64,000 nucleotides of DNA, from the NCBI GenBank assembly GCA_963716725.1, contig CAVQUB010000002.1, positions 349,276-413,275 on the forward strand. The letters run 5' to 3'. Under the pieces are notes generated by a model. The model ran no database searches and was not told where the DNA came from. It worked only from the letters and a program-made list of their open reading frames with translations. A program made the translations under genes and the position numbers. This DNA comes from an uncultured delta proteobacterium (GTDB lineage: Bacteria; Myxococcota_A; Polyangia; Polyangiales; Polyangiaceae). Of this stretch, positions 31,001 to 38,570 are shown piece by piece; within the stretch, counting starts at the first letter, position 1, and each line of letters starts with the position of its first letter.

Positions 31001-33420
31001 TACAGCGCCGGCAGCCGCGCCCACTTCTGGTCGTGTTCGTAGAGCGGGATCAGCGCCTTGGCCGCCCGCGCGTCGGTCGGATCCACCGAAAGCACGCGTT
31101 CATAGGAGCGAAACGCGCGATCGGGTTGGCCCAGCTTGTCTTCGAGGATCGCGGCGGCGCGATACGAGAGGTCGACCTTGGCGGCGTCGTCCTTCGCGCG
31201 GTCCGCGGCGGCGCTCAGCACTTCGGCCAGACCCTCCCAGTCGTCTTGCGAGGCGTACAGGCTCTCGAGGCCGTCGAAATCGGAGCCAGAAAGGTAGGCG
31301 TCGCGGAGCACGCGCAGCGCGCGCGGGTGCCCCGGCTGAAGCTCGAGCACGCGGCGCCACGCGCCGGCCGCAGCGGCGTGGTCCGTGAGCTGGTCGGCGT
31401 ACACTCCGCCGAGCTTCTGGAGCACGGTGAGCCGCTGAGCCTCGTCGCTGGTCGCGTCCACGCGCTTCTCGAGCACCGACGCCAGCGTTGCCCAGTCGCG
31501 GCTGCGCTCCGCGTGCTTCTCGAGCGCGTCGAGCACTTCACTGCGACCCGGGTCGAGCTCGAGAAGTCGCTTGAAGATCTCGACGGCCTCGGCGCCGCGG
31601 TTGAGTCTCTCTGCCGCCAGCTGAGCCATCTCCGAGAGAAGGGGGATCTTGGCGCTACCCTCCAGGTCGGCGACCTCGCGCTCGTAGAGGTCGTAGAGCG
31701 CGGGCCACGCGCGGCGCTTCTTGTACAGCTCGGCGAGCCGCTCCCGAGCTTCGGCGTCTCTCGGCTCGACCACGAGCAGCGCCTCGTAGGCGTCCGTCGC
31801 GTTTTGCACGTTGGAGAACTGCTCCAGCCATCGGCGGGCAACGGCGCGGTAGAGTTCCTTCTTTTCCTCGATGTCGGGCGTGATTTCCGCGAGTCGGAGC
31901 TGATTGGTCAGCAGATCACGCCAACGCTGCAGCTTCTCGTAGAGCTGCACCAACTCGCGCACTTCTTGGACGTCGTTCTCGTCCAGCTTCTCGTCGAGTT
32001 GGACAATCTGATTGAGCACGCTGACCAGCGCCGTGTCGCTCTTGAGATGCGCCCGGTAGACGGTGGCGACTTCGCGCAAGATGACGACGCGTGCCGCCAA
32101 ATCCGTAGCATCGGTCCGCTCCAGCTCCTGGCGCAACAACTCGACCAGCGCGTTGTAGCCCTGGGTCTGCTTGTACAGCCGCTTCAGCGCATCGCGCGCC
32201 TCGACGTTGCTCGGCTCCTGGCGCAGCACGCCCTTGTACTGCTCGATGGCCTTTTGCGCGTTGGCTTGGCCCTCCGCCAGGCGTGCAATCTCGGTGCTCA
32301 GCGCCGTCTTTTCGGACCCATCCTTCATGGCGCGCTGAGCAGCCCCGAGCACGTCCATCAGTCGCTTCTCGTCCTGCTCGACGGTGGCGTACTCGCGGTA
32401 GAACTCGAGCACCAGAGGCTGCGTCGGTTCGACGCGCGCGATGCGCTCGAACCAGCTCTCGGCCTCGTGCACTCGCGCGGCCTTCTTCCAGAGCAGCATC
32501 GCGATCTGGAGCATGTCGCCCAAGCGATCCGGACTGGCCTGCTCTCGCCCCTTCAAGTCGCGCTCGTAGAGCGCGACCAGGTCGTCCCAACGCTCGCTGC
32601 TCTCGTAGAGTTCGCCCAGGTAGCGCATGGCTTCGGCGTGATCGGCTTGGTCCTTGAGCACGCGCTCATAGGCCTTGGCGGCGCGCTCGGCGTCCTCCAG
32701 GCGACCCTTGAACGTGCGCGCCAGGCGGACGCCCGCCTCGACGCGATCCTTGGGTGATTCCGCGCGATCGGCCATGCGCTCGAGGGCGCGCACGACGTCC
32801 TGCCAGCGCCCACCCTGCCGGAGCACCCGCTCCAGCATCTTGCCCGCGCGCACGTTGGTAGGATCCAGGCGCACGGCCTGTTCCAGGCGCTCGGCGATGG
32901 TCTTCGGATCCGCAGCCTCGGCGCCAAAGCGCAGCTCCATCTCGGCCGCGCGCATGAGCATCGAGCTCTTGTAGACGTCGTCCGGTGCCTGCTCCGCCTC
33001 GCCCAGGTAGGTCGTGACGAGATCTCGCCAGCGCCCGCGCTTGCCTTCGCTCTCCTCGACCGACTCGACCACGGCGCTGTCGTTCGGAACCAACTCGAGG
33101 TAGCGACGCGCGCCGCGAAGCGCCGCGTCTTCGTCGAAGAGCTCGTCGCGCTGCACGCGAATTCGCTCCTTCACGAGCTCGGCTTCTCGCTCGCTCGCCC
33201 TCGCCACCGGGAGCGCGACTTCGAGCAGACGCAGCACTGCGTCCCACTCGCCGCGGTCGGCGTGGCGCGAACGCGCCGCGTCGAGCAGGTGAAGGAGATC
33301 GGCCCCCTCGAGGTCGCGGTCGTCCGCGTCGACCGAGGCGGTCAATGCGTCCCACGCGGACGAGAGGTCGGGGTCGTCTTGGAGCTGACCGAGGGCGGTC
33401 CGGATGGTCTGAGCGTGCAT
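22051..33420 (-). CDS. Giant (3,789 aa) cytoplasmic acidic tetratricopeptide/alpha-solenoid repeat protein
   Basis: Single uninterrupted ORF from ATG 33420. No signal peptide or TM segment seen. TPR-like elements (AxxxYxRVLELDPxxxxA) alternate with ..RWxDLxxLYE.. elements more than 20 times. One Lys/Arg-rich insert (EKGKKRGKKKGRDE). Confidence 0.9.
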   Translation of the reverse strand: MHAQTIRTALGQLQDDPDLSSAWDALTASVDADDRDLEGADLLHLLDAARSRHADRGEWDAVLRLLEVALPVARASEREAELVKERIRVQRDELFDEDAALRGARRYLELVPNDSAVVESVEESEGKRGRWRDLVTTYLGEAEQAPDDVYKSSMLMRAAEMELRFGAEAADPKTIAERLEQAVRLDPTNVRAGKMLERVLRQGGRWQDVVRALERMADRAESPKDRVEAGVRLARTFKGRLEDAERAAKAYERVLKDQADHAEAMRYLGELYESSERWDDLVALYERDLKGREQASPDRLGDMLQIAMLLWKKAARVHEAESWFERIARVEPTQPLVLEFYREYATVEQDEKRLMDVLGAAQRAMKDGSEKTALSTEIARLAEGQANAQKAIEQYKGVLRQEPSNVEARDALKRLYKQTQGYNALVELLRQELERTDATDLAARVVILREVATVYRAHLKSDTALVSVLNQIVQLDEKLDENDVQEVRELVQLYEKLQRWRDLLTNQLRLAEITPDIEEKKELYRAVARRWLEQFSNVQNATDAYEALLVVEPRDAEARERLAELYKKRRAWPALYDLYEREVADLEGSAKIPLLSEMAQLAAERLNRGAEAVEIFKRLLELDPGRSEVLDALEKHAERSRDWATLASVLEKRVDATSDEAQRLTVLQKLGGVYADQLTDHAAAAGAWRRVLELQPGHPRALRVLRDAYLSGSDFDGLESLYASQDDWEGLAEVLSAAADRAKDDAAKVDLSYRAAAILEDKLGQPDRAFRSYERVLSVDPTDARAAKALIPLYEHDQKWARLPALYEILAERAEAGTDKLEWLTKLVDVASHKLADKKAAAGYARRAYELSPSSAEALALLEETARAAQAFGELAGALEARIASMPRATTADAEAPPAEKGKKRGKKKGRDEAVTVPDGVAARASAIMDVEHRALSLKLAGLYASELGRTDDAIAMYKGLLERDAADADAAGALEALLRQHDRRDDLRWLLELRVQSARGEAEQVQILSDWATLEEDVFESQERAVDLYRRVIELDAGDANAMRALPRLLLLSDDAAGAALVIEKHRDRLAGDDLAQREVELSELYMLRLERFDDALNSAVRALELTPGNPRAISVLEKLMERDSTRVRAAEVLATQYASGGDARRETQALSVMLAQAQDPAERLDIYSRLAQVHDEKLGAHGNALDVMLAAVREFPTELEAWDRAEALAAAAGRPTDLAEAFREILSTELDRGVEIELCERGARLYEDKLGDPIGATPYLERVLKLDPGNERAFLRLKDILTAAERWSELESLYDGAAAATDDPVRKSEMLVEVALVCEEIIDDAAKATRHYERILELEPSHDGAVRALDRLYGRLERHEDLAGLLGRRVELATGDELLEIELRLARIELDRLHRPERAIGHVEHVLRERPNDYDAREVAEKLLGIGSMRGRAAKILEGVYEARDEVRDLVRVLGIQLEEVDEAMRGGDAEAMKEDERRELLRRISTLRVERLHDDAGAFEALARLVPLDPLDAEARERLLEVGRRTGAHARVADVLNQAAEKADTAGLQAEILMKAASIHEDLLDDGPRAEETYRRVLELDESDAQLVVPAAQALERIYVTSNQHKKLAGVLQTQVVLEQDGEKRRELLGRLGEIHQTVLEDDAGAIKAWKALLEENPADELALASLDALYQKTENWSDLAGILDRRREVTDDADLRRKLMVRIAELQADRLANVSDAIEAWRAVVDEYGSSLESLLALERLYQSAERWDDLGETYGAHLEIVQSDAERLDLLAKLGDLRGEKLRDLEGALDAYRRALTLDTTHSASRAALEKLLDSGESLARRESAAILHPIYEGEGAHEALLRVIEIDVAATDDAVEKVEALEKALHIAEHSLEDPRRAYDFAERALREAVGHTDLGVWLNHLERTASAAGRHADQVKLLCDVVPNIFDGDLQLSVTLKIADAARQKLSDKKLAREYYEKALELRAEDRHALLALESLYEEEGDSPALLGIFERRIESAETDDERKALSYRKARLLSDSLNDNAGAVSAYESILDIALEEDALHALESLYALEERWQDWVDLCRRQLDAGKGVPADLHVKMARVLAQRMQEVPRAFDELEEALGAEKQHAGAIAELEALMTSGDDAEHRARAAGILEPVYLLRADFSNVMATIQARLEVSQDPDERRELLSRLAQLYEEQKEDYVAALETTAKLLHEDLSDSSSITELERLAKVAGAERRLAEIYAAELENIVTDEPATAALARRTGEIFAELGDHERALVFSRRALAFEPESRELFDSVDAILVKTDRAAERVEHYRAALDHRFEPADRLAALHVVAELERTRMGNADAAIETYRAALDVDERDERTLNALTELYRERERWTDLAELYLRRAESALDPEVAAPGRLALARLYLKELREPDRAVDQLEEIVRSVPGHPESVSELERLLEHEGLKLRVVEILRPLYEGADDWKRLVRLNEDRYALAESPPEKVAVLRETARLWEERGRDAERACRALRVAVGLDPDDGETRTEFERLTELTNGWDKLTESYEASLEQNPDLVSRRELLAKIAEVHDTRRDDPRAALSAYERMRQVDESDVEVLARMEMLATLLSDWAVLVNVLSSKAEYVLDDDERASLFRRVGEAKRDMLEDVPGAIVAYERALELDAESAFTVDCLIELREGGSEAEVLAELYQRRVDLCGEDDADLKYDLLCRAAKTQEAKLSDRPKAIDLLGQALAVRAADPEVLRELDRLYRAEEMWPELLDNLKLEASRAESADERARLRREMGTLLAERLTSYDEALEAYRLVLDELPTDTETGSRVFALGREHEDLRATVTGILVPVLRATERHEELTAALEMRLSIEADPNQRAETLRTISEVLDAKLSRPADAQAALLRALAERPDDGDLHGEIERLCAASNGWGSYADALAERASSTFEPEVAKELWSRLGRIAEERLSNDARAVEAYGHALEQAGEEPGLLESLDRLHGKMGNAQALADVVERRIALESSDAGQAELYHRLGVIQVRDFKESARALASFRMTIERAPEHDGAAEELEKLTAERDLFEEAAEVLESVYRQRGKTDRLASLYEKRVGYAESREQRIDMRKSLARVLEDDAKDAGAAQRVLQQGLSDDPSDSSLLDEIERLAAITNNWEGAAAALRAAVDENPDLGREFARDLCVRVATWQRDKMEDSAAAERSLAKALEVDPSSDDVLVLIEQLQRTAGRERDLIETLRRRAKLQSDDSRREDFHREAKGLADGLQDPALAEALVRELLAHDDASLWGLSELIELRERAGDFPETFQLLTRRAEIGATGSIVRELRHRAARIARHELSQLEDAITLYEQLFEDDPQDRVASSALRELYGASERWENLGQLLERLVNLCDAPADRSALRIELARLNVERFEAIDTAVELLRIVLDDDAGNGDAVVTLSELYEKAHRDEELAELLSAQIEGARQRGDTQAELRFQVRLGEIYDTRIQDRTKAIATYQTVLERDGSHRGALEALARLHQAGNELAAAASVLDRLIAVSTGDEAVRLCGTLADVHETLGDKLSAAAALERALEVDKTQREVRERLLALHQESESWDKLAAHLITDAELATSVDEQVALLRRAADTHAAKRKDWAESALVLERASALRPDDRELLLLLCDAYSASGKGKAAAEVLQKIVDSYGGKRSKELGEIHRRLADAHLADGDTEKALGELDKAFRIEPGNVHVLKALGLVAIRVDDLKKAMQMFRALLLQKLDSDSPITKAEVFFHLGEIHAKQDEKPKAIQMLERAIQADDGLEKAKQLLAELKG

Positions 33421-33543
33421 TCTCTGGCCCGGGTGGAAATCGCAGTCCCAGTGCGGCTTTGGAGCGGCGCGCAGCCGCGCCCGAGCGCACGTGGAGCCAG
33501 GGGCAGCCTAGGCTCCCTGCGGGGGGGTGACAAGCCCTCTAAA

Positions 33544-34395
33544 TTAGCGAATCCTTTGCGCTTCCGCTGTCGCCTTGAGCTTGGAGAGGAGGCGCCTCTG
33601 CGCCCGGATTGCGCCCGGACTGCCGCCGAGCCGCTCCGCGTCGACGAGCGCGCGCTCCGCTTCGCCGAGGCGACCCAGGCCGAGCAGCGCCCACGCGCGG
33701 CCGAGTCGCAGATCGCCGTGCTCGGGGCGGGCACGGCACAGCACCTCGTAGTGCTCGAGGGCCGACGCCGCGTCTTTGCGAGCGACCGCCAGAGTCGCGA
33801 GGCCGAGCCGATTGTCGAGGGACGCGGGATCCGCCGCGAGACCGGACCGATAGGCCCGCTCGGCGCCTGAGAAATCCTCGAGTTTCGTCCGGACGAGCCC
33901 CAAGGCGTGCCAACTCCGGGCGTCCCGGGGATCGCGCTTCAAGGCTTCGGCCAAGCGCGGCTCGGCGAGCTCGACCTCCCCCCACTGGGCCGCTCGCAGA
34001 CCTCCGGCGCGGGGACCCTCCACTCGCGCGGGGGCGACCTCGGCCGCGCGGTCGTACATGGTCAGCGCCTCATCGTAGCGGTGGGCGAGCTCGAAGGCGT
34101 ATCCCATTTCGATCCAGGGCGCCGGATCGCCGGGACCGAGTCGCTGGGCGAGGATCTTGGCCTCACGCTCGGCGGCCCCGAGATCGCCGGTCAGCGCCAG
34201 GACCCGAATCAAGAGCTTGCGCTCGTCGACGGCGTCCGGATGGGCCGCGAGGTGCTGCCGCAGCAGAGCGATGGCCTCTTTTTCTTGGTTCTTGTGCACG
34301 AGCATCCGCGCTCGCGCCGCCGAGCTCGCGTCGCTCTGCACGGTGCAGCCGGCGAGCGAACCCACGAGCAGGGCGACCGCGATGCGTTGCAGCAT
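33544..34395 (-). CDS. TPR-repeat lipoprotein
   Basis: ATG 34395 gives MLQRIAVALLVGSLAGCTV (lipobox), followed by several TPR units (..AHRYDEALTMYDRAAEVAP.., ..DFSGAERAYRSGLAADP..). The track ORF extension to 34878 is antisense to hbd and is rejected. Confidence 0.7.
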   Translation of the reverse strand: MLQRIAVALLVGSLAGCTVQSDASSAARARMLVHKNQEKEAIALLRQHLAAHPDAVDERKLLIRVLALTGDLGAAEREAKILAQRLGPGDPAPWIEMGYAFELAHRYDEALTMYDRAAEVAPARVEGPRAGGLRAAQWGEVELAEPRLAEALKRDPRDARSWHALGLVRTKLEDFSGAERAYRSGLAADPASLDNRLGLATLAVARKDAASALEHYEVLCRARPEHGDLRLGRAWALLGLGRLGEAERALVDAERLGGSPGAIRAQRRLLSKLKATAEAQRIR

Positions 34396-34444
34396 TCTGC
34401 GGCAAGGCTTGCACGCCCGAGGGCGAAGCGGTAGCGGGGCGAAG

Positions 34445-35341
34445 ATGAAGTCCAGCGACATCAAGACCATCGCCGTGATCGGTGCGGGGCAAATGGGTGG
34501 CGGCATCGCGCAGGTGGCCGCAGCTCGAGGTTTCTCCGTCGTGCTCAGCGACGCTTCAATGGATCTCGCGAAGAAGGGCAAGGACAAGATCGCGAAGGTC
34601 CTGGCCAAACAGGTCGCCAAAGGCAAGCTCGAAGCCGGGGACGTCGAGGCCTTGCTCGCTCGCATCGCGCCCCACCCCACGGGAGAAGCCCTCGACACGG
34701 CCGACCTCGTCGTCGAAGCGGCGACCGAGAACCTGGACGTGAAGATCGCACTGTTCAAGTCGGCGGACGCCAAGATGCGCCCCAACGCGATCTTGGCCTC
34801 CAACACCTCGAGCATCAGCATCACGCGGCTCGCCGGGCAGACCTCACGTCCCGATCGGGTCATCGGCATGCACTTCATGAACCCAGTGCCGCTGATGAAA
34901 CTGGTGGAGCTCGTGCGGGGCGTGCAGACCAGCGACGAGACCTACGCGGTGATCCGGGACCTGAGCGAGGCCCTCGGCAAGAGCGTCATCACCAGCAAGG
35001 ACCAGCCGGGCTTCGTGGTCAACCGCATGCTCGTGCCCTTCCTGAACGAGGCGTGCTTCGTGCTGCAAGAGGGCTTGGGCACACCCGAGGACATCGACCT
35101 GGGAGCCAAGCTCGGCCTGAACCATCCGATGGGCCCTCTGGAGCTCGCCGATCTGATTGGGCTCGACACGCTGCTCTTCATCGCCGAGGTGTTGCATCGC
35201 GAGTTCGGCGACGACAAATACCGTCCGGCGACCCTGCTCAGAAACCTGGTCGCCGCCGGGTGGTACGGCCGGAAGGTCGGGCGAGGGTTCTACGTGTACG
35301 ACGACAAGGGCCAGAAGAGCGGCCGCGCATTCGAGAGGTGA
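34445..35341 (+). CDS. hbd: 3-hydroxybutyryl-CoA / 3-hydroxyacyl-CoA dehydrogenase
   Basis: IAVIGAGQMGGGIAQV, NTSSISIT, GMHFMNPVPLMKLVELV, PGFVVNRML, LGLNHPMGPLELADLIGLD. Confidence 0.9.
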   Translation: MKSSDIKTIAVIGAGQMGGGIAQVAAARGFSVVLSDASMDLAKKGKDKIAKVLAKQVAKGKLEAGDVEALLARIAPHPTGEALDTADLVVEAATENLDVKIALFKSADAKMRPNAILASNTSSISITRLAGQTSRPDRVIGMHFMNPVPLMKLVELVRGVQTSDETYAVIRDLSEALGKSVITSKDQPGFVVNRMLVPFLNEACFVLQEGLGTPEDIDLGAKLGLNHPMGPLELADLIGLDTLLFIAEVLHREFGDDKYRPATLLRNLVAAGWYGRKVGRGFYVYDDKGQKSGRAFER

Positions 35342-35344
35342 GTC

Positions 35345-36133
35345 ATGCCGAATTACGAAACCATCACGCTGGAAGTCGCCGACGGCATCGCGACGGTGAC
35401 CGTCAACCGGCCGGACAAGCTCAACGCTCTGAACGCCAAGGTGCTCGCCGAGCTCACCGCAGCCTTCGTCGCGCTCTCGGAGGCCGAGCCCAGGATCCGC
35501 GTCGCGATCCTGACGGGCGCCGGAGACAAAGCCTTCGTGGCGGGAGCGGACATCAGCGAGATGTCGGAGCTGAGCGCAGCGCAGGCCAAGGTTTTCAGCG
35601 ACTCCGGGCACCGGCTGGGACTGGTGATCGAGTCCGCGGCGTTTCCCGTCATCGCAGCCGTCAACGGCTTTGCGCTCGGCGGCGGCTGCGAGCTCGCCAT
35701 GTGCTGTGACTTCATCTACGCCTCCGACAAGGCACGCTTTGGTCAGCCCGAGGTGAACCTCGGGCTCATGCCCGGGTTCGGCGGCACGCAGCGGCTGTCG
35801 CGGCGCGTGGGTCTGACGCGGGCGCGCGAGCTGGTCTACACGGGCGATCCGATCCCTGCGGAGCGAGCCCTCGCCCTGGGGCTGGTCAACGAAGTCGTCC
35901 CCCACGCCGAGCTGATGACGAAGGCGCGGGAAGTCGCCCAGAAGATCGCCGCCAAGGCGCCCCTCGCCATCGCCTCCTGCAAGCGCGTCATGGCGCGGGG
36001 CTTCGACGCCGATCTCTCGGTCGCCAACGAGCTCGAGGCCACGGCGTTCTCGGCGCTCTTCGATACGGAAGACATGCGGGAGGGCACCCGGGCCTTCATG
36101 GCTCGCCGCCCCGCCCAGTTCACGGGGCGATGA
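35345..36133 (+). CDS. Enoyl-CoA hydratase (crotonase family)
   Basis: VTVNRPDKLNALN, GAGDKAFVAGADISEM, AAVNGFALGGGCELAMCCD, GQPEVNLGLMPGFGGTQRL. Confidence 0.9.
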   Translation: MPNYETITLEVADGIATVTVNRPDKLNALNAKVLAELTAAFVALSEAEPRIRVAILTGAGDKAFVAGADISEMSELSAAQAKVFSDSGHRLGLVIESAAFPVIAAVNGFALGGGCELAMCCDFIYASDKARFGQPEVNLGLMPGFGGTQRLSRRVGLTRARELVYTGDPIPAERALALGLVNEVVPHAELMTKAREVAQKIAAKAPLAIASCKRVMARGFDADLSVANELEATAFSALFDTEDMREGTRAFMARRPAQFTGR

Positions 36134-37974
36134 CCGCGATCCTGCCCCGGACCTTGTCGCCAGCGCTCCTCGCGCTGGCCCTGTTGCCGGGCTGCGACGG
36201 CTGCGGCAGAGCCAAGCCCTACACCCCCTTCGGCGTCGCGAGTACGCCTGCCAGCGCAGCGACCGAGCCCGATGCTGCTCCGGCGGGCGAAGCGGATAGC
36301 GGACCGCCCCCAAAGTTCGTCGTGCGCGATTCGATCGCCGCGCCGAGCCGCGCGACGCGTTGGAGCTTCGACGGCCGCCAGATCACCGCGCCGCCCGGCC
36401 GGATCTTCGAGCGCGGGCTCGCCGCCGATTTCGACGGCGACGGCAGCCGCGAGATCGTTGCGTGGACTCTGCCCGAGGGCGCGTCGAATCCGACCTCACC
36501 GGGTCAGCTCTGGCTCTTTCCAGCGGCGGGCGAGGCCAAGAGCCTGCTCGAGCTCCCGGGCTTCGTGCCCACGGGACCGGCCTGCACCCGCTCGACCAGC
36601 TTGCAGCACACTGGCCCCAAGAGCGTCACGCTCGACGTGACGGCGACCTGCACCACGGTGCTCCTCTCGCGGGCGCCAACGCGCAGCCTCTCGGTCATCG
36701 CGCCCATGTCCGATCGCCCCGTGGTGGTCACGCTGCGGGTGGCAGCCGCAGCACCGGGGGAGCCCTTCAGCTTGGACCTGGACTCCACCGACCGCGATGG
36801 CGACGGGAGGGACGACGTGCGCCTGGTGGTGAATCAGAAGCCCATCTGCCGCGGCGGCTCCGGGACGGTCCCGGGCGCCTGCGTCACGGACAAGGAGGAC
36901 AGGACCGCGAGCGCGCAGGTCATCTGGTTCGACCGCCCGGCAGGCCTGTCGCGCGACGCCATGGAGCCCGCGCAGTCCCTGGGCGCCCTGGCGGCAGCGG
37001 AGCTCGGTCGTTCAAAGCGCAAGCAGAGCACCGCGCAGGTCCACCGCGGAGTCGCGCAGCTGCGCCGCTTGATGGGCACGCTCTGCGCCGAGGGCGCGAC
37101 GGCGCGCATCTTGGACGCGGAGGGCAGCATGCTGCGGTGCGCGCCCATCGCCGCCATCGTGGATCGCCTCCTGGTCGCGGAGGTTCAAGCCTCGCTCACC
37201 GACAAGGATCCGCTGCGAGCCCTCGCCGCCCTCGAGCGTGACGGCTGGTATTTCGCCCGCGCTGCCGACAAACGGCGGAGCGAGCTCGAAAAGTCGATCT
37301 TGGCGGGCGTCGGCCGAGTGGAACCAAAAGCAACCAACCACGCCCTCGACCTGCCACCTCGGGGCGCCACGCCGCGGATGAGCCCCCTGGCCTTCGAAGC
37401 CGACCGCAGTCTCTTGGTCCAGACTCGAAGCGGGCTCGTGCGCGTGACCGACGCGGGCACCACCGAGACCTTGGACGCGGACTCCGGCGTCGCCTCCTGG
37501 CCCCTGGATTTCGCAACCCGCTCGGGGCGACGCGTGCAGGGAGTCGTCTTCTCCTGCGATCGCTCGGACGCTCAGCTGCAACTGACCGGCGGCAGCGACG
37601 CTCCCGAGGCGCCCTCGGGGCTCCTGTCCCCGCGCCCCGGAGCCTGCGCCGGCGGCAAGCTGCCGGCGGCCACGCTGATCCCGCTCGGAGAGAAGGACGA
37701 CCGACCCGCGATCCTGGTCGCGGGCGAGCCGCTCGGCCCGCGCATCACTCGCGCCGAGGCCGTGTTGCGTCCACGGGTGCTGGGCAGCCCGCGCTCACCC
37801 GACGGTCGTCATGCAGTCGTGCCCACCTCGCGCGGCCTCTGGCTCGACGGCGGCGACCAACACGAACTCTGGCGCGTGGACGACGTCGCGGCCCTGACCG
37901 ACTGCACGGTAGCCGATGGCGGGAAGGCGGTGGCCTGCGTGACCCCGACCGGAGTGCGTGTCTTCCGTCACTGA
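36130..37974 (+). CDS. Hypothetical lipoprotein (614 aa) with FG-GAP-like Asp/Gly motifs
   Basis: ATGA overlap with the crotonase stop. Lipobox LALLPGC. ADFDGDGSREIVAW and DSTDRDGDGRDDVRLV are Ca-binding FG-GAP-like motifs. Confidence 0.6.
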   Translation: MTAILPRTLSPALLALALLPGCDGCGRAKPYTPFGVASTPASAATEPDAAPAGEADSGPPPKFVVRDSIAAPSRATRWSFDGRQITAPPGRIFERGLAADFDGDGSREIVAWTLPEGASNPTSPGQLWLFPAAGEAKSLLELPGFVPTGPACTRSTSLQHTGPKSVTLDVTATCTTVLLSRAPTRSLSVIAPMSDRPVVVTLRVAAAAPGEPFSLDLDSTDRDGDGRDDVRLVVNQKPICRGGSGTVPGACVTDKEDRTASAQVIWFDRPAGLSRDAMEPAQSLGALAAAELGRSKRKQSTAQVHRGVAQLRRLMGTLCAEGATARILDAEGSMLRCAPIAAIVDRLLVAEVQASLTDKDPLRALAALERDGWYFARAADKRRSELEKSILAGVGRVEPKATNHALDLPPRGATPRMSPLAFEADRSLLVQTRSGLVRVTDAGTTETLDADSGVASWPLDFATRSGRRVQGVVFSCDRSDAQLQLTGGSDAPEAPSGLLSPRPGACAGGKLPAATLIPLGEKDDRPAILVAGEPLGPRITRAEAVLRPRVLGSPRSPDGRHAVVPTSRGLWLDGGDQHELWRVDDVAALTDCTVADGGKAVACVTPTGVRVFRH

Positions 37975-38000
37975 GTGAGCGCGGCGACGCTCGAGCTCGA

Positions 38001-38570
38001 TCAGGACGACGGCGCCTTGGCGCGCTCGAGGTAACTCCGGGTTCGAGTGTCGACTTTGATCCACTCGCCCTCGGTGATGAACAGCGGCACCGGGACCGTG
38101 GCGCCGGTGGAGATCTTCGCGGGCTTGTTCACGTTGGTCGCGGTGTCGCCCTTCACCCCCGGCTCGGTCTCGGTGACCTGCACCACGATGTGCGGAGGCA
38201 GCGAAATGCTGACCGGGTTCCCCTTGTAAATCGTGACCTGGACGTCGATGCCGTCGATCAAGAGATCGGCGGCGTCGCCCACCGCCTCTTTGGATACGGC
38301 GATCTGCTCACCGCTGTTGGCGTTCATGAAATAGAACATGTCGCCATCGGGGTAGATGAACTGCACCGAGCGGTCTTCGACGTCCGCGGCCTCGAGCTTC
38401 TCGCTGGAGCGAATGTTCTTCTCGATGGTGCTCCCCGTGAGCATGTTCTTCATCTTGGTCCGCGTGAAGGCCTGGCCCTTGCCCGGCTTCACGAACTGGA
38501 AATCCACGACGACGAATGGCTGCCCGTCCATCATCAACTTCAGGCCCTTGCGGATGTCGCTGGTATCCAT
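38001..38570 (-). CDS. efp: Elongation factor P
   Basis: MDTSDIRKGLKLMMDGQPFVVVDFQFVKPGKGQAFTRTKMKN..., VTETEPGVKGDTA..., KPAKISTGATVPVPLFI. Confidence 0.95.
   Translation of the reverse strand: MDTSDIRKGLKLMMDGQPFVVVDFQFVKPGKGQAFTRTKMKNMLTGSTIEKNIRSSEKLEAADVEDRSVQFIYPDGDMFYFMNANSGEQIAVSKEAVGDAADLLIDGIDVQVTIYKGNPVSISLPPHIVVQVTETEPGVKGDTATNVNKPAKISTGATVPVPLFITEGEWIKVDTRTRSYLERAKAPSS

Noticed and set aside
24088-32757. Three very long plus-strand ORFs (610, 700 and 801 aa)
   Set aside because: All lie antisense inside the giant TPR gene. Their translations are degenerate (L/V/E/R/G-rich mirrors of the repeat codons) and they are mutually discontinuous. The minus-strand frame is uninterrupted for 11.4 kb.
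34396-34878. N-terminal extension of the TPR-lipoprotein ORF
   Set aside because: The extension is antisense to hbd. An internal ATG at 34395 gives a clean lipoprotein signal peptide.
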